Positions 50,901-63,373 of a stretch of 64,000 nucleotides of DNA are shown here, piece after piece (position 1 is the first letter of the stretch; every line of letters starts with the position of its first letter). Below the pieces are notes generated by a model. That model was not told where the DNA came from, searched no databases, and saw only the letters and a program-made list of their open reading frames with translations. A program made the translations under genes and the position numbers. This DNA is from Lingula anatina (lineage: Eukaryota; Animalia; Brachiopoda). The DNA is taken from assembly GCA_051362555.1 (NCBI GenBank), contig CM120641.1, positions 7,316,001-7,380,000 on the forward strand. Direction: 5' to 3'.

Positions 50901-53790
50901 TTCTATTAGAAGATCAGAAAACAGACCTATTCAGTGGCATAATTATCAGGAGATTTTGGTAAGTTTTGCTTTTTCTTCTCTTTAAAAAGCAATCTCTAAT
51001 GTTTCTATAACATTCACACTTAGTTTGATTCCACAGTTTTTTATTTAAGACCCTCAGTAGTTTTTAAGGTAACTTGAACTGAACAATGTAATGTTGATCT
51101 TTCTAAGTGTAACCTGTCTTCTTTTTAAATTTACAAGTTACATAATTTTTTTTTTCATAAAAATGGACTAAGCCATAAAAATGTTATTTATTATTGCAAT
51201 TTGAAGCATTATTAGGAATAAAAAGAATGAAAATAGATAGATTATCTGAATGACAGTGAACAGTAATTAAATCATATTATCTAAAAAATCTCAAATGCTA
51301 TCAGAAACCAGAGAAATTATGAAATTTTTCAGTTTAATGTAAATCTGTTTTACTACTGTTTTATTGTACATTCATATTCTTTTGGTATAGTGTGAAAGTG
51401 CTTGCTTTAGTTTGCATGTCATATAATTATCACTTTTTACCATATCAGATAGATAATACTGCCGTGAACTTGGCTGGACAGGAATGTTTGGAACAGATAT
51501 TTGTACTTGAAGAAGAACAAGGTAGCTGTAGAGTATAGCAGGGGCGGATTTAGGCCGTCTTCTGGGTCTTCCGGAAGACGGTCAGATTTTCAAGTTTACA
51601 TTGACGGGTATATAATTTTTTTCTGTCGGAAGACGGTCAAAAAATTGAGAATGGATCAACAAATATTATATGGAAGACTGTCAGAAAACATCTCTGGATC
51701 CGCCCCTGTATAGTTTAAACAATCACTGATGATAATGTTTGTTATGTACGTAACAAAACTTGCTTGATGGAACAGGCTTGATGGAATTCTGTATTCTTGT
51801 TCCTTTCAGTCAATTTTTTAAAACTGTTTTGCTCAAAAAGTGATGCCTTGCCTGTTGAGTTTAGTGTTAAGTTGGTACAATTGACATGTAAAATTGATTC
51901 CAAATGTCTTATCATGAGATGAAAATATTTATATTTTAACTAAATCATAACTTTAGCTGTATGGGGACAGCCTTCTTGCTCTACAGATGCTTTGGGGTCA
52001 AAAGTAAGGCTGCCAGATACCCAGGGTCCAGCCAGGAGAGTAGCAGAGAAACCTTTCCTTATTGTTACAGGTATGATGCAAAATTCCATTTGGACACCCA
52101 GAGTTTCACAGGTCACTTAATACTCACCTATACATCAGCATGCCTCTATGGCTTCTAGTTACTGGCATAGTAAGGTGTCTTACCATCTAATTGTGTCTGA
52201 TCTTAGACTTATTGTTGGATTGTATTGATGTCACTTTTGTTTTCAGGTACACGTTTTACCAAATATTTGAATACAGATAATTTCGATGAAAACATAAAAG
52301 TTTGGTCTTCACAAATATTTTATTGTGATTGAATGTTTACAGTGATACATGTTACATTAAAGGAGATGCATATGATATATGTTGTGATACTATTTGGTAT
52401 GGTATATTTGACAGGCAGCCAGGCAGGCAGTGAGATAACACAACAGTTAAGACAGCTGTCAGTATACCTGGCAAATCTGTTCTTCTTGACCTCAGATACT
52501 ATGGCCCCTGTGATTAAGGATGAAGATTTAAAAGAAGAACAAGCAGGTAGGTAAAATACTTATTTTGTGAAAGGGAAATATTAAAGGTTTTGTAATATGT
52601 TCTTCGTAAAGTGACATTTAATTATTTGCATTCATTGTCTATGTAAGAAAGTGATATTTATATATTTTAATGCTGTTATTTGCACATGATTTACATATCA
52701 AGTGGTTCTTATTCCATTTTCAGAAAAGCATAATTTAATCATCATTGGAAATCCAGATGAAAATAAATTTACCAAAGAGGCACTCAGTCATGTTCCAATT
52801 AAATTAAAAGGTATGACCTGCAGTAAAATATTAAAGATCACTGAAGTCACTAGCTAATTATGACATTTTGACTCAACATTTAATGATCAGTTTTCACTGG
52901 GATATCTTGAGTCAAATGACCAAATGCTCTTAAGCAAAAAAATAATATCATACCAAGGATACATGATTAAAAATTGTTCTGAGTGATCACAACAGCCTAA
53001 TTCTTCCATGCATGTCCATATGAGAAAAAAATTAGTTTATTTAGAAAAGCCTACATTTTGTTTCAGAAGATGGTCTAAAGCTTGGGAGATGTTCTTTCCC
53101 TGTAAACCAGACGGGTGCCGTCTTTCTGTCCCCCCACACAGGCAATCACTTAGCCTTGGTTATAATGGGTACCTCATCTCAAGGTTTACTGGATGCAATT
53201 ACTTTGGCCACACCAACTATACCACCTATGGCAAGATCACCCGTGAGTTCTCTGTTCACATATTATCTAAGAGTTATTATCAAAAAGCTATAAGCAATAC
53301 ACATGTAGTTCCATTTGAACTCTCGAATAGTACAATTGGGTATTTAAGAGAGCACAGTTCAATTTTATGTTCAGTCGAATGAGATACATTACCACTTTTC
53401 GCATGTGCTATTCAAATTCACAAAGATTATTTGTCACCATGTTTTTCAAAAGAGAAAACAACACAAGGCTGAACAACATTAGCTTTGACTACTATTTAAA
53501 ATCCTTTGAACATTTTTAACTGACAGGGCTACAAAACTTGAAAATGATTTTTTTTTTACCACACAGTAGAATTGAATGAGAGATGCAACTTAAAATGAGA
53601 GAACCGTTTTGTTGTGAAATACCACGAATGTGTCTCATCACTTGTTTCATTCCAGTTCTCAAATTTGGTCCCAGATTTTGTGTTAACTGGGAAGGATTAT
53701 CAAGCCAAAGGACCAGGTGGTTACCTATGCACGGGATTCTGGGGAAACCAGTGGGAGTTCAGGCCAGAGTTAGTGTCTTGCACTTGTTAA
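45113..53790 (+). CDS. Uncharacterized secreted protein, ~1006 aa: signal peptide, TPR-like segment, beta-rich region, and alpha/beta-hydrolase (peptidase S9/esterase-like) domain
   Basis: Exons: 45113-45190, 46097-46213, 46370-47601, 48134-48264, 48845-48971, 49592-49691, 49968-50116, 50408-50663, 50845-50958, 51449-51521, 51957-52070, 52415-52546, 52724-52810, 53067-53242, 53656-53790 (3021 nt, open, phase-consistent). Motifs: MHLSWIVITFSLFLAG signal-like start; PVLLTLHG; nucleophile elbow AGHSMGGHGAW; GAMDKTVHP (Asp); GKEHWWW (His). Confidence 0.9.
45234..45448. mobile_element. PIF/Harbinger-type MITE, family A copy 1 (215 bp)
   Basis: Imperfect TIRs GGCTGTATTCCCAGAG / CTCTGGAAATGGGGTC, flanked by TTA...TTA. 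The body is the reverse complement of copy 2. Confidence 0.8.
45452..45676. mobile_element. PIF/Harbinger-type MITE, family A copy 2 (225 bp)
   Basis: Imperfect TIRs GGGTGCTTTCCCAGAG / CTATGGAAATGGGGTG, flanked by TTA...TTA. Colinear with copy 3 at 55439-56269. Confidence 0.8.
51539..51708. mobile_element. 170-bp MITE with CAGGGGCGGAT termini
   Basis: CAGGGGCGGAT...ATCCGCCCCTG inverted termini flanked by the direct repeat TATAG. Superfamily not assigned. Confidence 0.8.
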
Positions 53791-55438
53791 CTGATGATGA
53801 CAAGGCTGTAGCTTTGGAAATTTCTCATTTTATCCAGGTTCTGCGTGTAATTTAACTGGTGTTGACACCAAGACCAATGCTATGTAATAGAACCATTACA
53901 AGTCAGTGGGGTGCATGTGATATAAAGGTGCGGGTTGTACCATGACACGTTCATGACTTACACCATTGGAAATTTACACGTGGCACCCACATCTGCAAGA
54001 TACACCTTGTCATGTTTTGGACATCTGCCATAGTATAAAAGTATCAGTATCTGGATATCTGGATCAAAACATTTATTGGACTACAATAACAATACCGGTA
54101 CAACAAAGGTCAGGTCAACTACGTACATGCATCTATGCAAACAGTTTTCGTGGTTGGTAATCATATGTAGCTTTAATCTTGCTAGAGGCAGTTAAGCATC
54201 AGTGTTGGAACATAAGTTGCACCTTTATGTTGCTCTTGATGGTTATGTTAATATGGTTCCTGAAGTAGCTGATGCACCTTCTACTGACAAAACAATGTAC
54301 AGTTTGCAAAATTCAAGATATTTTCAAGAGATACTTTCAATCTGCATTGCCCCCACCCCACCCCCCAGAGTTTTAAAATAAAGTATTTTTTGTCAAAGAA
54401 TACGAATAAAAGAAAAAATGTGATGTACTTGACAATTTTCAGCTAATAAGCATTTATCATCCACTATTCTACCGTGTCTCGTTTGAAAAGAATCATATAA
54501 AATGCTAAAAATTTTATACATTTATTTAACTATCAACTTCACCTGCATAAATATGCAAACAATCAGATACAATGGTTCTCATTTAAAACTTTAACTTGAT
54601 AAAACTTAAAATAAGCACTCTTTTTTTTTCATAAAATACATATTCTAATTATGTTAACTCAATAGTGATACATAATTTGTGCAAATAGTATATATATATA
54701 TATATACTGTTTATATATATTGTTGATATGAACTGATATCAAATATCATAATAAAATATAGACTTGAGAGTTATCTCCATACTGATCAATAATACTATTT
54801 GTTACCAATTGTAAAAAAAATATTTTTTCCACTACATGTACCGGTATATATCATTATTTTTTTTAAATCTTTGCTGGATCTAGTCAATTAAATAGCTAAA
54901 TATAAAAATTAAATAAAAATCACCTTCACCTACTTATATTAACAAACACCCATATATTAACAAATATTAACAGAGTAATCAGAAAATGCTTCTGGTTATT
55001 CGGTACTATATATTCAAACAAGTGTAATACAATAAAATGTTGTGCTTGTAATTTCTGATGAAGGTGATTGGGAAAATCTGTAAAGCAAGTTGGTTTCATG
55101 CTAAAGAGTGCCTTTATGAGGACTTGAAATGTATAAACCTGAGACAAACCCAGTGACTAGACAGTAGATGTGACAGAGATCAAACTAATGCTGAACTGGC
55201 AATCATCTGCCAATGACATCATATAAGAAGCCCTGATATGGTATGAGTATACAAGTGATGCATAGTCAATGTAAATATGATTTAGTTGAAGTCTAGGGAA
55301 TGGCCTAATCTTATTTTTGTAATTTTTGAAAAAGTCTTGTTTGTGCTAACTGACTTTATAAAACAGTACAGACCTTGACATAATATTTCTCAATAATTTC
55401 ACACAAAATGCACAAAACACACCTGATAACAGCACCAA

Positions 55439-56269
55439 GGGTGCATTCCCAGAGATTTAGATTGATCCAGAAATTTAGATTTTGATCGACCTAACTCCCT
55501 GGGCGTCCACGCTAAATTGCAGTCAGCCGAGCGCACACCATAGTTAAAGCAATAATAACTCTTCCTTTGAGATTCAAAAATCCACATGAAATACATTGTA
55601 AACAACGCATGGAAATATATTCTATTGTATTTTACCACTAAAACGGCCGTTATTGTAGGAAAACTAAAATCTGTGCTTGTCAATAGGGCTTTCGATCACT
55701 TTTTTCCGGTCGACAAGTGCATTCGTTGCTAATGACGTAATGGTGTCACGCGGATTCTCGCGTTCATTCGAGACCAAAATAACATGGCGGGAAACCCTCA
55801 GACGTAAGTTGCGAGTTTTTGTACAGTGCGTCGGATAACGAATAGCCCAGAATGGCACACATTGTGGATATAAATGCATTTTTCACAAAAAGACGAATAT
55901 ATCTCATGAATCTTATATAGTGTTGTTGCTGTCTGCTTTTCCCGCGGTTTTAAGTAGGTCACCAGTGACTTTGCAATGTCAGAGAGAGCTCTGTCAGTTA
56001 AAATCTCTTAAGAGATTTTAACAAAAAACCGTACGTTTAGGAAAAAAACCCTGGATTAACTTTGAATGCAGGAATGGTGTCGTTGGCCATTGGTAAGTAC
56101 GGGAAAATTGCCGTTTTTTTCAGGAAAATCCAATTTTTGGCCAAAACGAAGAGTTATTATGACTTTAATCACCCCTTTACAGCTTTTAGTAGGCAGGACA
56201 GAAGCTGACAGTAACCTAGTGAGACTCCCCACAGGGATAGATCGATCTAAAATATATGGGAATGGGGTC
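55439..56269. mobile_element. PIF/Harbinger-type MITE, family A copy 3, split by a nested insertion
   Basis: 55439-55547 and 56165-56269 align to the two halves of copy 2. Termini GGGTGCATTCCCAGAG / ATATGGGAATGGGGTC, flanked by CAA...CAA. Confidence 0.8.
55548..56164. mobile_element. 617-bp non-autonomous DNA transposon with TTAA TSD and AG...CT ends (Kolobok-like)
   Basis: TIRs AGCAATAATAACTCTTC / GAAGAGTTATTATGACT. TTAA is duplicated at 55544-55547 and 56165-56168. The empty site CATAGTTAATTACCCC is visible in MITE copy 2. Confidence 0.8.
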
Positions 56270-56352
56270 CAACATTTAAAATTTTCTAAGTTTCATAGGT
56301 GAAAGGAATCATGGAATCCTTGGCATTGAAAGGCGTGCTCCTAGTGAATATT

Positions 56353-57176
56353 CTAAAGCACCTGTTTTCCAGCCACATAAACCTCTTGTATGTTTCTGTC
56401 ATCACCTGAATTAAACAAAAAGAGGTGAACAAATCAACACTACAAACACTGTTAAACAGTCTAATCATTAAAGGCAACTTTAAAAATAATTGTTTTCTTC
56501 ATAAACATTACATAAAATTTATCATTTCACCATAATATCTGATCATGGTATGAATCTTTAATACTTTGCTTAGAGTGAAAAGATGAATATTCTTAGTTTT
56601 AATACTAGTTTTAATAGCACTGGGGAATTCCATCCCATCCCCATCATTTTTGTATTCTTGGTCATCCCTGTAATCACACCACAATTAATAATTAATAAAT
56701 AATAGATAGATAATAATTAACAGACTTGCCTAAAAATAGAAATTTCTGTATGATATCATCAGTTGAGTCCCTCTTGAAAATGTCAACAGGTCCCTCAACA
56801 ACAGTGGTGTCCACCAATAGAGCATCGAATTCTTTTCCCACCTCAAAGTTGCCAGTCTTGTCTGACAGGCCCAAAACTGCAACAAAATATAATTTTTAAT
56901 TAAATATATGAGTTAAATATAGAATATACTTTTTTTCTTAAATGTTTGATTATAAAAATCTTTCCTACTCAAAACTAAGAAGTAACAAATATATCGATCG
57001 GCTTGTCACAAAATTTCATAAATTACAGTAAGAAATTTGTGCTACTGTCAAGCATTTAAATGTGATCCTAATCAATCTAAACTTCAAATTTTTGCAAACC
57101 AAAGGGGATTCAGGATATGAAACATACAGTAGGCATGGACACTTACTCTAAATCTCCCACCACCAACCACATCTCT

Positions 57177-57207
<31 letters not shown>

Positions 57208-60200
57208 AATGAAAACAGTCAGAACAAAATAATGCAAATAATGTTCTACACATGCCCCCTCCCTACTACTTCAGGCAAAATCCTGAATCTGCCCATAGAT
57301 ACATATAATAGAGTTCAATATCAGTCAGTTTATGCGGGCTGTATTTCTTGTAACAAATGCCTGGATAATTTTGGTCAAAACAATTATCTAAACTCAATCA
57401 GTGAGGACCTCTAAGAAAGAACTATCCATTTTCTCTAATTAAATTAGACTTTGTTGAGCATCTGGTGACAACTTGTAATGCTACAGTGGGCCTAGTATGT
57501 ACTGGTAGCTATAGAGTACCTTCACTTCCCCCTAGAGTGGCCAATTTAAAAGCTTCACGGTGACTCAAGCTCTTGTAATCAGTATGCATGTCAAGGCTGA
57601 TGACATTGGAGACTTGGACGGCTGTGCGTATGGCATCTAGCATGGACGGGTGGTAGCCACCAGAAACATCTGGAAAAAAATTGAGTAGGAACCAAAGTTT
57701 GAACTGACAAACATGGAAAATGAAATGCATTTCATCTGAAAAATAGTCTTATTGAGTATCTAAAGGTCGCATTGATCTATTACTATATCTGATCTAACAT
57801 ATTTCTTTTATTTAATTAATTACTTTCTGATTGGAATGATTTTGAATTTCAGGTGACTGTCACGTATCATTTTCTGATTTCAATCACTTCACATGCTATA
57901 CATCCGATCAAGTATAAAATGTCTGAATGGCATCTAATTAACAATGCAATATTTTAATTCTAACCAACAATCAAACAATTTAAAGAAAAAAAAAACCAAC
58001 ATTAACTGAAAAACATCATTTCTTACGGAGAAAACAAATTGAACAACAACATCACATAGCATAGTGCCACTGTTATACACTATGTTAGAACAATTGCATT
58101 TTTTATAAAAACCAAAAATAAACAAGCTGAACTATTGGGATATAGCATTTCATATGAGTGCAATCTGATCCTCATGCATGGTTCTGTGTCTAAAATCTAA
58201 CATAATAAATCTTCTCTATACAGAGTACACTATTGGTCTATGCTAATATAGAGAATGGAGTGTTATATGTCCAACTGAAAATAATCTTTTAGAGGACATT
58301 CAGAACAAGTTGATCCATGGACGAAGAGATCTGCAGACTAAATATGGCTGACCCACTAAAAAGCAATGCCACTAATCCCCCCCCCCCGATGGTCTCCCCG
58401 CCTCCACACGCACCATTAAGCGGATTAAGTTGGAGAATCTGCTCTGAAAGCACTCCAAAAGTTTGTGGCTTAAAAAACTTTCAGTGCCAGCACTACATCA
58501 TGAAAACTGCAGTTGAACTTTTTTCTACCTCAGGTAAAGAAGTCAGTTCAAAACTGAACTGCAATAATTTATACTCACTGTCTGCATTTTTTTCTGCAGG
58601 GTCATCAAGACACGAAAAGGCCAAGGCCAGTAGGTGATGCAGTCAGTCAAAACTTTACTGCAATCATTCAGAACTTGACATTTCTGCATAACTAAGCTGC
58701 CATCTATGTATAATGTATAATGTATAATGTATAACTCTATCAACTTCATTGCCCTGCTCAGTATGAGCTAGCAAACTACAGGTTATAAACTTAAAGATGC
58801 AGGGAATTTAAATTCACCCTGCTGAAAAAAAATGACTACCTGTGCCTAGACCAAGTTTCACCCCCATGTCCAAAACTCTTCTTGCATCCATCATGCCACT
58901 ACGCAGGCTGAAAAGCAAGTAGCATGCAAACAATTGATAGACTAGAGTAATTAAATGGGACTACATATCAGACATATTAATCATAGCATAATGTAAAGCT
59001 TTACTTTGGCAGTGGCAGATCCAGGGAAGGAGCAGTGACATTTTGATAGACCAAAACATAGTGGATCACATAACGTTACCAAGTTTTCCTCATGACTTTT
59101 TTTTCTTAGGGGGCAAAGGCACATGTTATTTATGCACTATTATAACAGTGACAGTGTTCAGTAAAGGTCTTGCTTAAGCAGAGCTGTGTACCGTGCCAGT
59201 CTGAATGACCTAACAGACATGTTTTTTTAAAAAGATTAAATTCTGTTTGAGTGTCAGAGGATATTTCATTCAGAAATTCATAAAATATATTGTACACAAA
59301 GGTTTAAGCAACTTCATTTAGTTAATTGCAAAGATAAAAAAATCTGTCAGTGACACTTTCTAACCATTTTTGTAGAAATCTTTCATTGTTTACACAGACT
59401 ACTGTGAAAATAAGGCCGCATTCACAACCAAAGTTGATCCGTGGACTAACAGATCTGCAGATCAAATATGGCTGAGCCACTTGAAAGCTTGACCTATTCA
59501 GTCTTTTAGGGAATTATGTGGCAGGTTTCCAAGTGGTTCAGCCATATTTGATCTGCAGATCTGTTTAGATCAACTTGTTCTGAATGTGGCCTAAAACTGC
59601 AGCTCAGTGGAATGAAAAATACTCAGTAGTGATTGGTTTGGACCTGGTGTTATGACTGATAGCTGACGATAGGTTAATTTCTGAAATTACTACTAAGCTT
59701 CCCCATAAAAAAATAAACAATTACAAACAGTATAGCAAACAATACAAAAAAGGAAGATTATGATGAAAGAGCACATTATTCCCATGAAATTTTTATCCTT
59801 GTGAATCCCTTACCAAATTCCTGGATCTGTCAATGCTTCTGGGCATTGCTGTATTCGTATCAGGCAAGATCAACCCCCACACATACTATATGAAATTATA
59901 TATTTTATTTGAAAATTGGGTTCTAGATGCCAGTTAAAACCCTTGTATGGATTCCATTATTAGGTCAATTATTATTAATGGGTAGAAAATTAAGCAATCA
60001 GTCAAAATTATCCAGCCATTATGACTTTACCTGCATTGATACAGCAATGCTGTGACATATACCCTGTACATTGTATACAACAAGTAAATATAATGAACTA
60101 GGGAAGAGAGGGCAAAAGGACTCGGGTCTGATATCAATATTAGTAGAAAGGACTTGTAATTGCCTAAGTGCAGTATTTCATATATCATATATATTTAAGA

Positions 60201-60614
60201 AGCTTGACACTCATGAACATGCCACATAATGAATGATATATATATATATATATATAGCTAAGCAAACCAATCACACACAAAATTACAGATGTCATATACA
60301 CAACATTATAGCATTTTATACCACTCACTCATTCATTCATTTAGATACCATTTTATTTTTCTACTTTATTCATTTATTTATTGCTTTCCCTTGGTTTTCT
60401 ATGCCTTACCTGAGGTTTGAGTTTGGGCAATGTGAAATTCCTGTGCCTGTAGATTTAAAAAGTTTAAGCTCTTCATCTGACAGGTAAACTCCATGGGCCA
60501 TCACCGTCTAAAAAGTCAAATAGTCTGTCAGTATCGTAACAATTTTACAGTCTTAAAATATCCTTAATTCAAGATCGACAACAATATGACAACATTATGT
60601 TTTAGTTGTGTTTA

Positions 60615-60670
<56 letters not shown>

Positions 60671-63373
60671 CATTAGCGTTTGTTGGACTCTCTGAAATAT
60701 ACCCTGAAGAGCTATCAGTTTCATTTAACAGACAATTTGTTATCAACTGTTCAAGATTATCCAACATTTTTGGCTGCCAGCTGTCCTTAGATGGCAGTCA
60801 TGCAATCACATGATTTCAAATAGCCTGTAGACCTTGATGTATCAGTTTCACTTCACAGGTGCTTTGCAGTCAACCATTCAGTAGTGTACTTTTAACTCCC
60901 TGCCCTAGTTTACACTGAAAGAATGATCCATGCTTTGCAGTGAACCATTGAAGCATGTCCACTTTTTAGTACTTATCATACACTGATCATGTGTTGGCAG
61001 CAAAGCCTACATTGTACATGTTGGTTCACTTGAGGGAGTAAATATAAGGCAGGTCTTGGGATCTGAAGGGTAGAAGGTAGTGAATAGTGTGTGGAGTTGT
61101 AAAAGATTCACTGAGTCACAAACTGTTAATGAATGGATGGATGGATGAATGAAACGAATGAATGAGAATAACTGAATGGCACAATCAAAGCTGATTTTTG
61201 ACTGCTTTCACAATTTAACTATTGACTTAAGTTCTGGTCAATTTCAAATCAGGATAAACTCAAGGAAGTCTATTATAATGCACTGGCCCAAAAGATAATT
61301 AACTTTTTTCTGTTGTAATAAAACAGGCACTATCTTTCATCATTCAAGTGCACTTTCATTGATTCATCTTAGGTCAAAGAATTGATCCAATAGTTTAAAC
61401 CTATTTATGATCTTTAGTCCTTTTTTGATACCTGCCCTTTTCTATAATCAGAGTTCACCAAGTCACTTGCCTTGTCAGTCAAGAGGTTACACTGATCATA
61501 AACATCTGCATAATGTTTAGACCCTGGAAACAATTCCTTCACCCATTCCACCTCATCTGTGGTCTCTGATATGTGACTCTGGGAGGAAATCAGAAAAAAT
61601 ATTAATACAGTAAATGAAAGTCCATAAAAAAAATTAGTAGCTTCCTTTTTATTTGTCTTATCAGCATTTTCCTTTTTATTTGTCAGTTTATCTATTCATT
61701 AATTTACATAATATTAACTTTTTTTCATCATTTAAAAAAAAATATTTTCATCTTTTTTTTTCTTCTTACCCCCTATAGCTATTCATTTTTTCTATCTTAT
61801 AAAAATATTTAAGGTGACTGGTCATAATGTAGTCATTACTTCTAGATGGCACTGGAACACACATTAGGAATGAAAGTCAAGAAAAATATATATTAAATGA
61901 AAAATATTAAATGTGCAATAATGTATGATATACTGATATCTTCTTGTACCTGTATTGGCAAATCATACTGTTTAGCCAAATGTCCTAGATATTTGCTCAG
62001 CTCTAGGGTGCAGTTGGGGGCAAACCGTGGTGTGATCACTGGTTTTATGAGTGGATTCTGAAATACATTATAGCAGTGTGACTACTAAAAATGATAGTTA
62101 TTTCAACATACAATGGTTATCTTAAAAAGTCCCTGAAACAGTTTATATTTCATTTACCTTCTGGAGTTAAAATGGCATGCATATATTACAGGACATTTAT
62201 TTTTAAAACTAAAAACAAATAGTATAAAATTTGCAGGCATTTATTACATAATTTTCTCTTATGAAAAATTAAGTTACTCACATTTTTCTTAAGAATCTTG
62301 GTTACAAATCTGAAACAAAAAATATAAATATTTATTTATAAAAATCATTCCATCAAATCTTTCTCTTTAACTTTTTGCATGATCAAAAATAAGTTACAAT
62401 TTAAACAAATAAATTTAATAAATGGTCGCTGAAGATAAATGACAGTGAAAAAAAAAACATTAACGTCATGAAAAAACATAACACACTTTTCTGTTTCCTC
62501 TTTGGACTCCTGCGTTGTCTCAACATAGTAATGTGGGGAATAGGCATCCATATTGACTTTGCCAATGTATGCTCTCTGACCAGCATTTTCTGTAAAATTG
62601 ACATAAAATATCTTTGCATTTCCTTAAGTCCTACAAAAGAATTCTGACTTTCCTGCTTTTCTTGCTTATTTTCCTGCACTTAATTCAACTTTTACTTTAA
62701 GATATATGGATAACTGGGAGTGTCAAGAGAAGTTCAATATTCCATAAATCACCAATTGTTGGTTTTTTTGTAACAATGTGTACAAAACAGACATAATGTA
62801 ACATATGATAGAATGCAATTTTACTGGACTTTTATTTGAAGTCAGCACTGCATCTTTATACTGAAGACTTCTACAATTATGTATTTTACACATACTACAA
62901 TAATGAATCTTTTAATGGATTCTTAGGATACATAATTTTAGAATCATTTAAAAGTAGATCTTGGTCAGCATTTTCTTTTTTGTTTCTACTGTATAAAATG
63001 GTACAACAGGGTAGCCTGCTTTTTTAATTTTCTTGCTACCACACATATTTAAAGAATTTATGGCTTTAAAAAATACAGTACAATTTTCCCCATTAAAAAG
63101 ATAACTCTAGTATGTTATCAGGAAAAGTCCCCTGATGAGGATGTAATTTTAAATCTTTCCTTATCACTTTGTAAGTCCAGTAAAAAGAATTTTATAAAAT
63201 GATATGTTATCTCAACTGGGTATCTGATAAATCTTTGAAACTTTTAAGTATTTAAAAATAACAGCTATGTACAAAGTTGCCCTACCAACTATATCACATA
63301 ATTTCAGTGTGGCATCAACATGGATCGTAGCAAAGTAACAGGCTGTGGTAGTTCCATTTTTCAAAACCCTTTT
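56353..63373 (-). CDS. GDA: Guanine deaminase (partial; C-terminal ~316 aa, N-terminal exons right of window)
   Basis: Exons: 63373-63286, 62589-62487, 62309-62282, 62057-61950, 61578-61471 (GC donor), 60507-60410, 58907-58840, 57669-57520, 56876-56730 (GC donor), 56405-56353. All are phase-consistent. Motifs: LKNGTTTACYFATIH, GQRAYIGKVNMD, PVITPRFAPNC, QSHISE, MAHGVYL, HCPNSNLSL, GLGTDVSGG, LATLGG, GNFEVGKEFDALLV, GDDRNIQEVYVAGKQV. Confidence 0.96.
58294..58357. mobile_element. Truncated fragment of MITE family B
   Basis: CATTCAGAACAAGTTGATCCATGGAC..AGATCTGCAGACTAAATATGGCTGACCCACT matches one arm of 59414-59591. Confidence 0.6.
59414..59591. mobile_element. PIF/Harbinger-type MITE, family B (178 bp, long fold-back)
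   Basis: Termini GGCCGCATTCA...TGAATGTGGCC with TAA TSD. Long internal inverted arms AACAGATCTGCAGATCAAATATGGCTGA / TCAGCCATATTTGATCTGCAGATCTGTT. Confidence 0.85.
60617..60667. repeat. (AT)n microsatellite
   Basis: Read directly from the sequence. Confidence 0.9.

Noticed and set aside
59010-59836. Possible old element bounded by CAGTGGCAGATCCAGG / CCTGGATCTGTCAATG, and a similar degraded pair at ~57101-57297
   Set aside because: The termini are mismatched with no clear TSD, so boundaries cannot be supported.
62282-62309. 28-nt micro-exon in GDA
   Set aside because: It is required for the frame and encodes an ordinary conserved helix (FVTKILKKN). It is included in the gene model and not considered novel.
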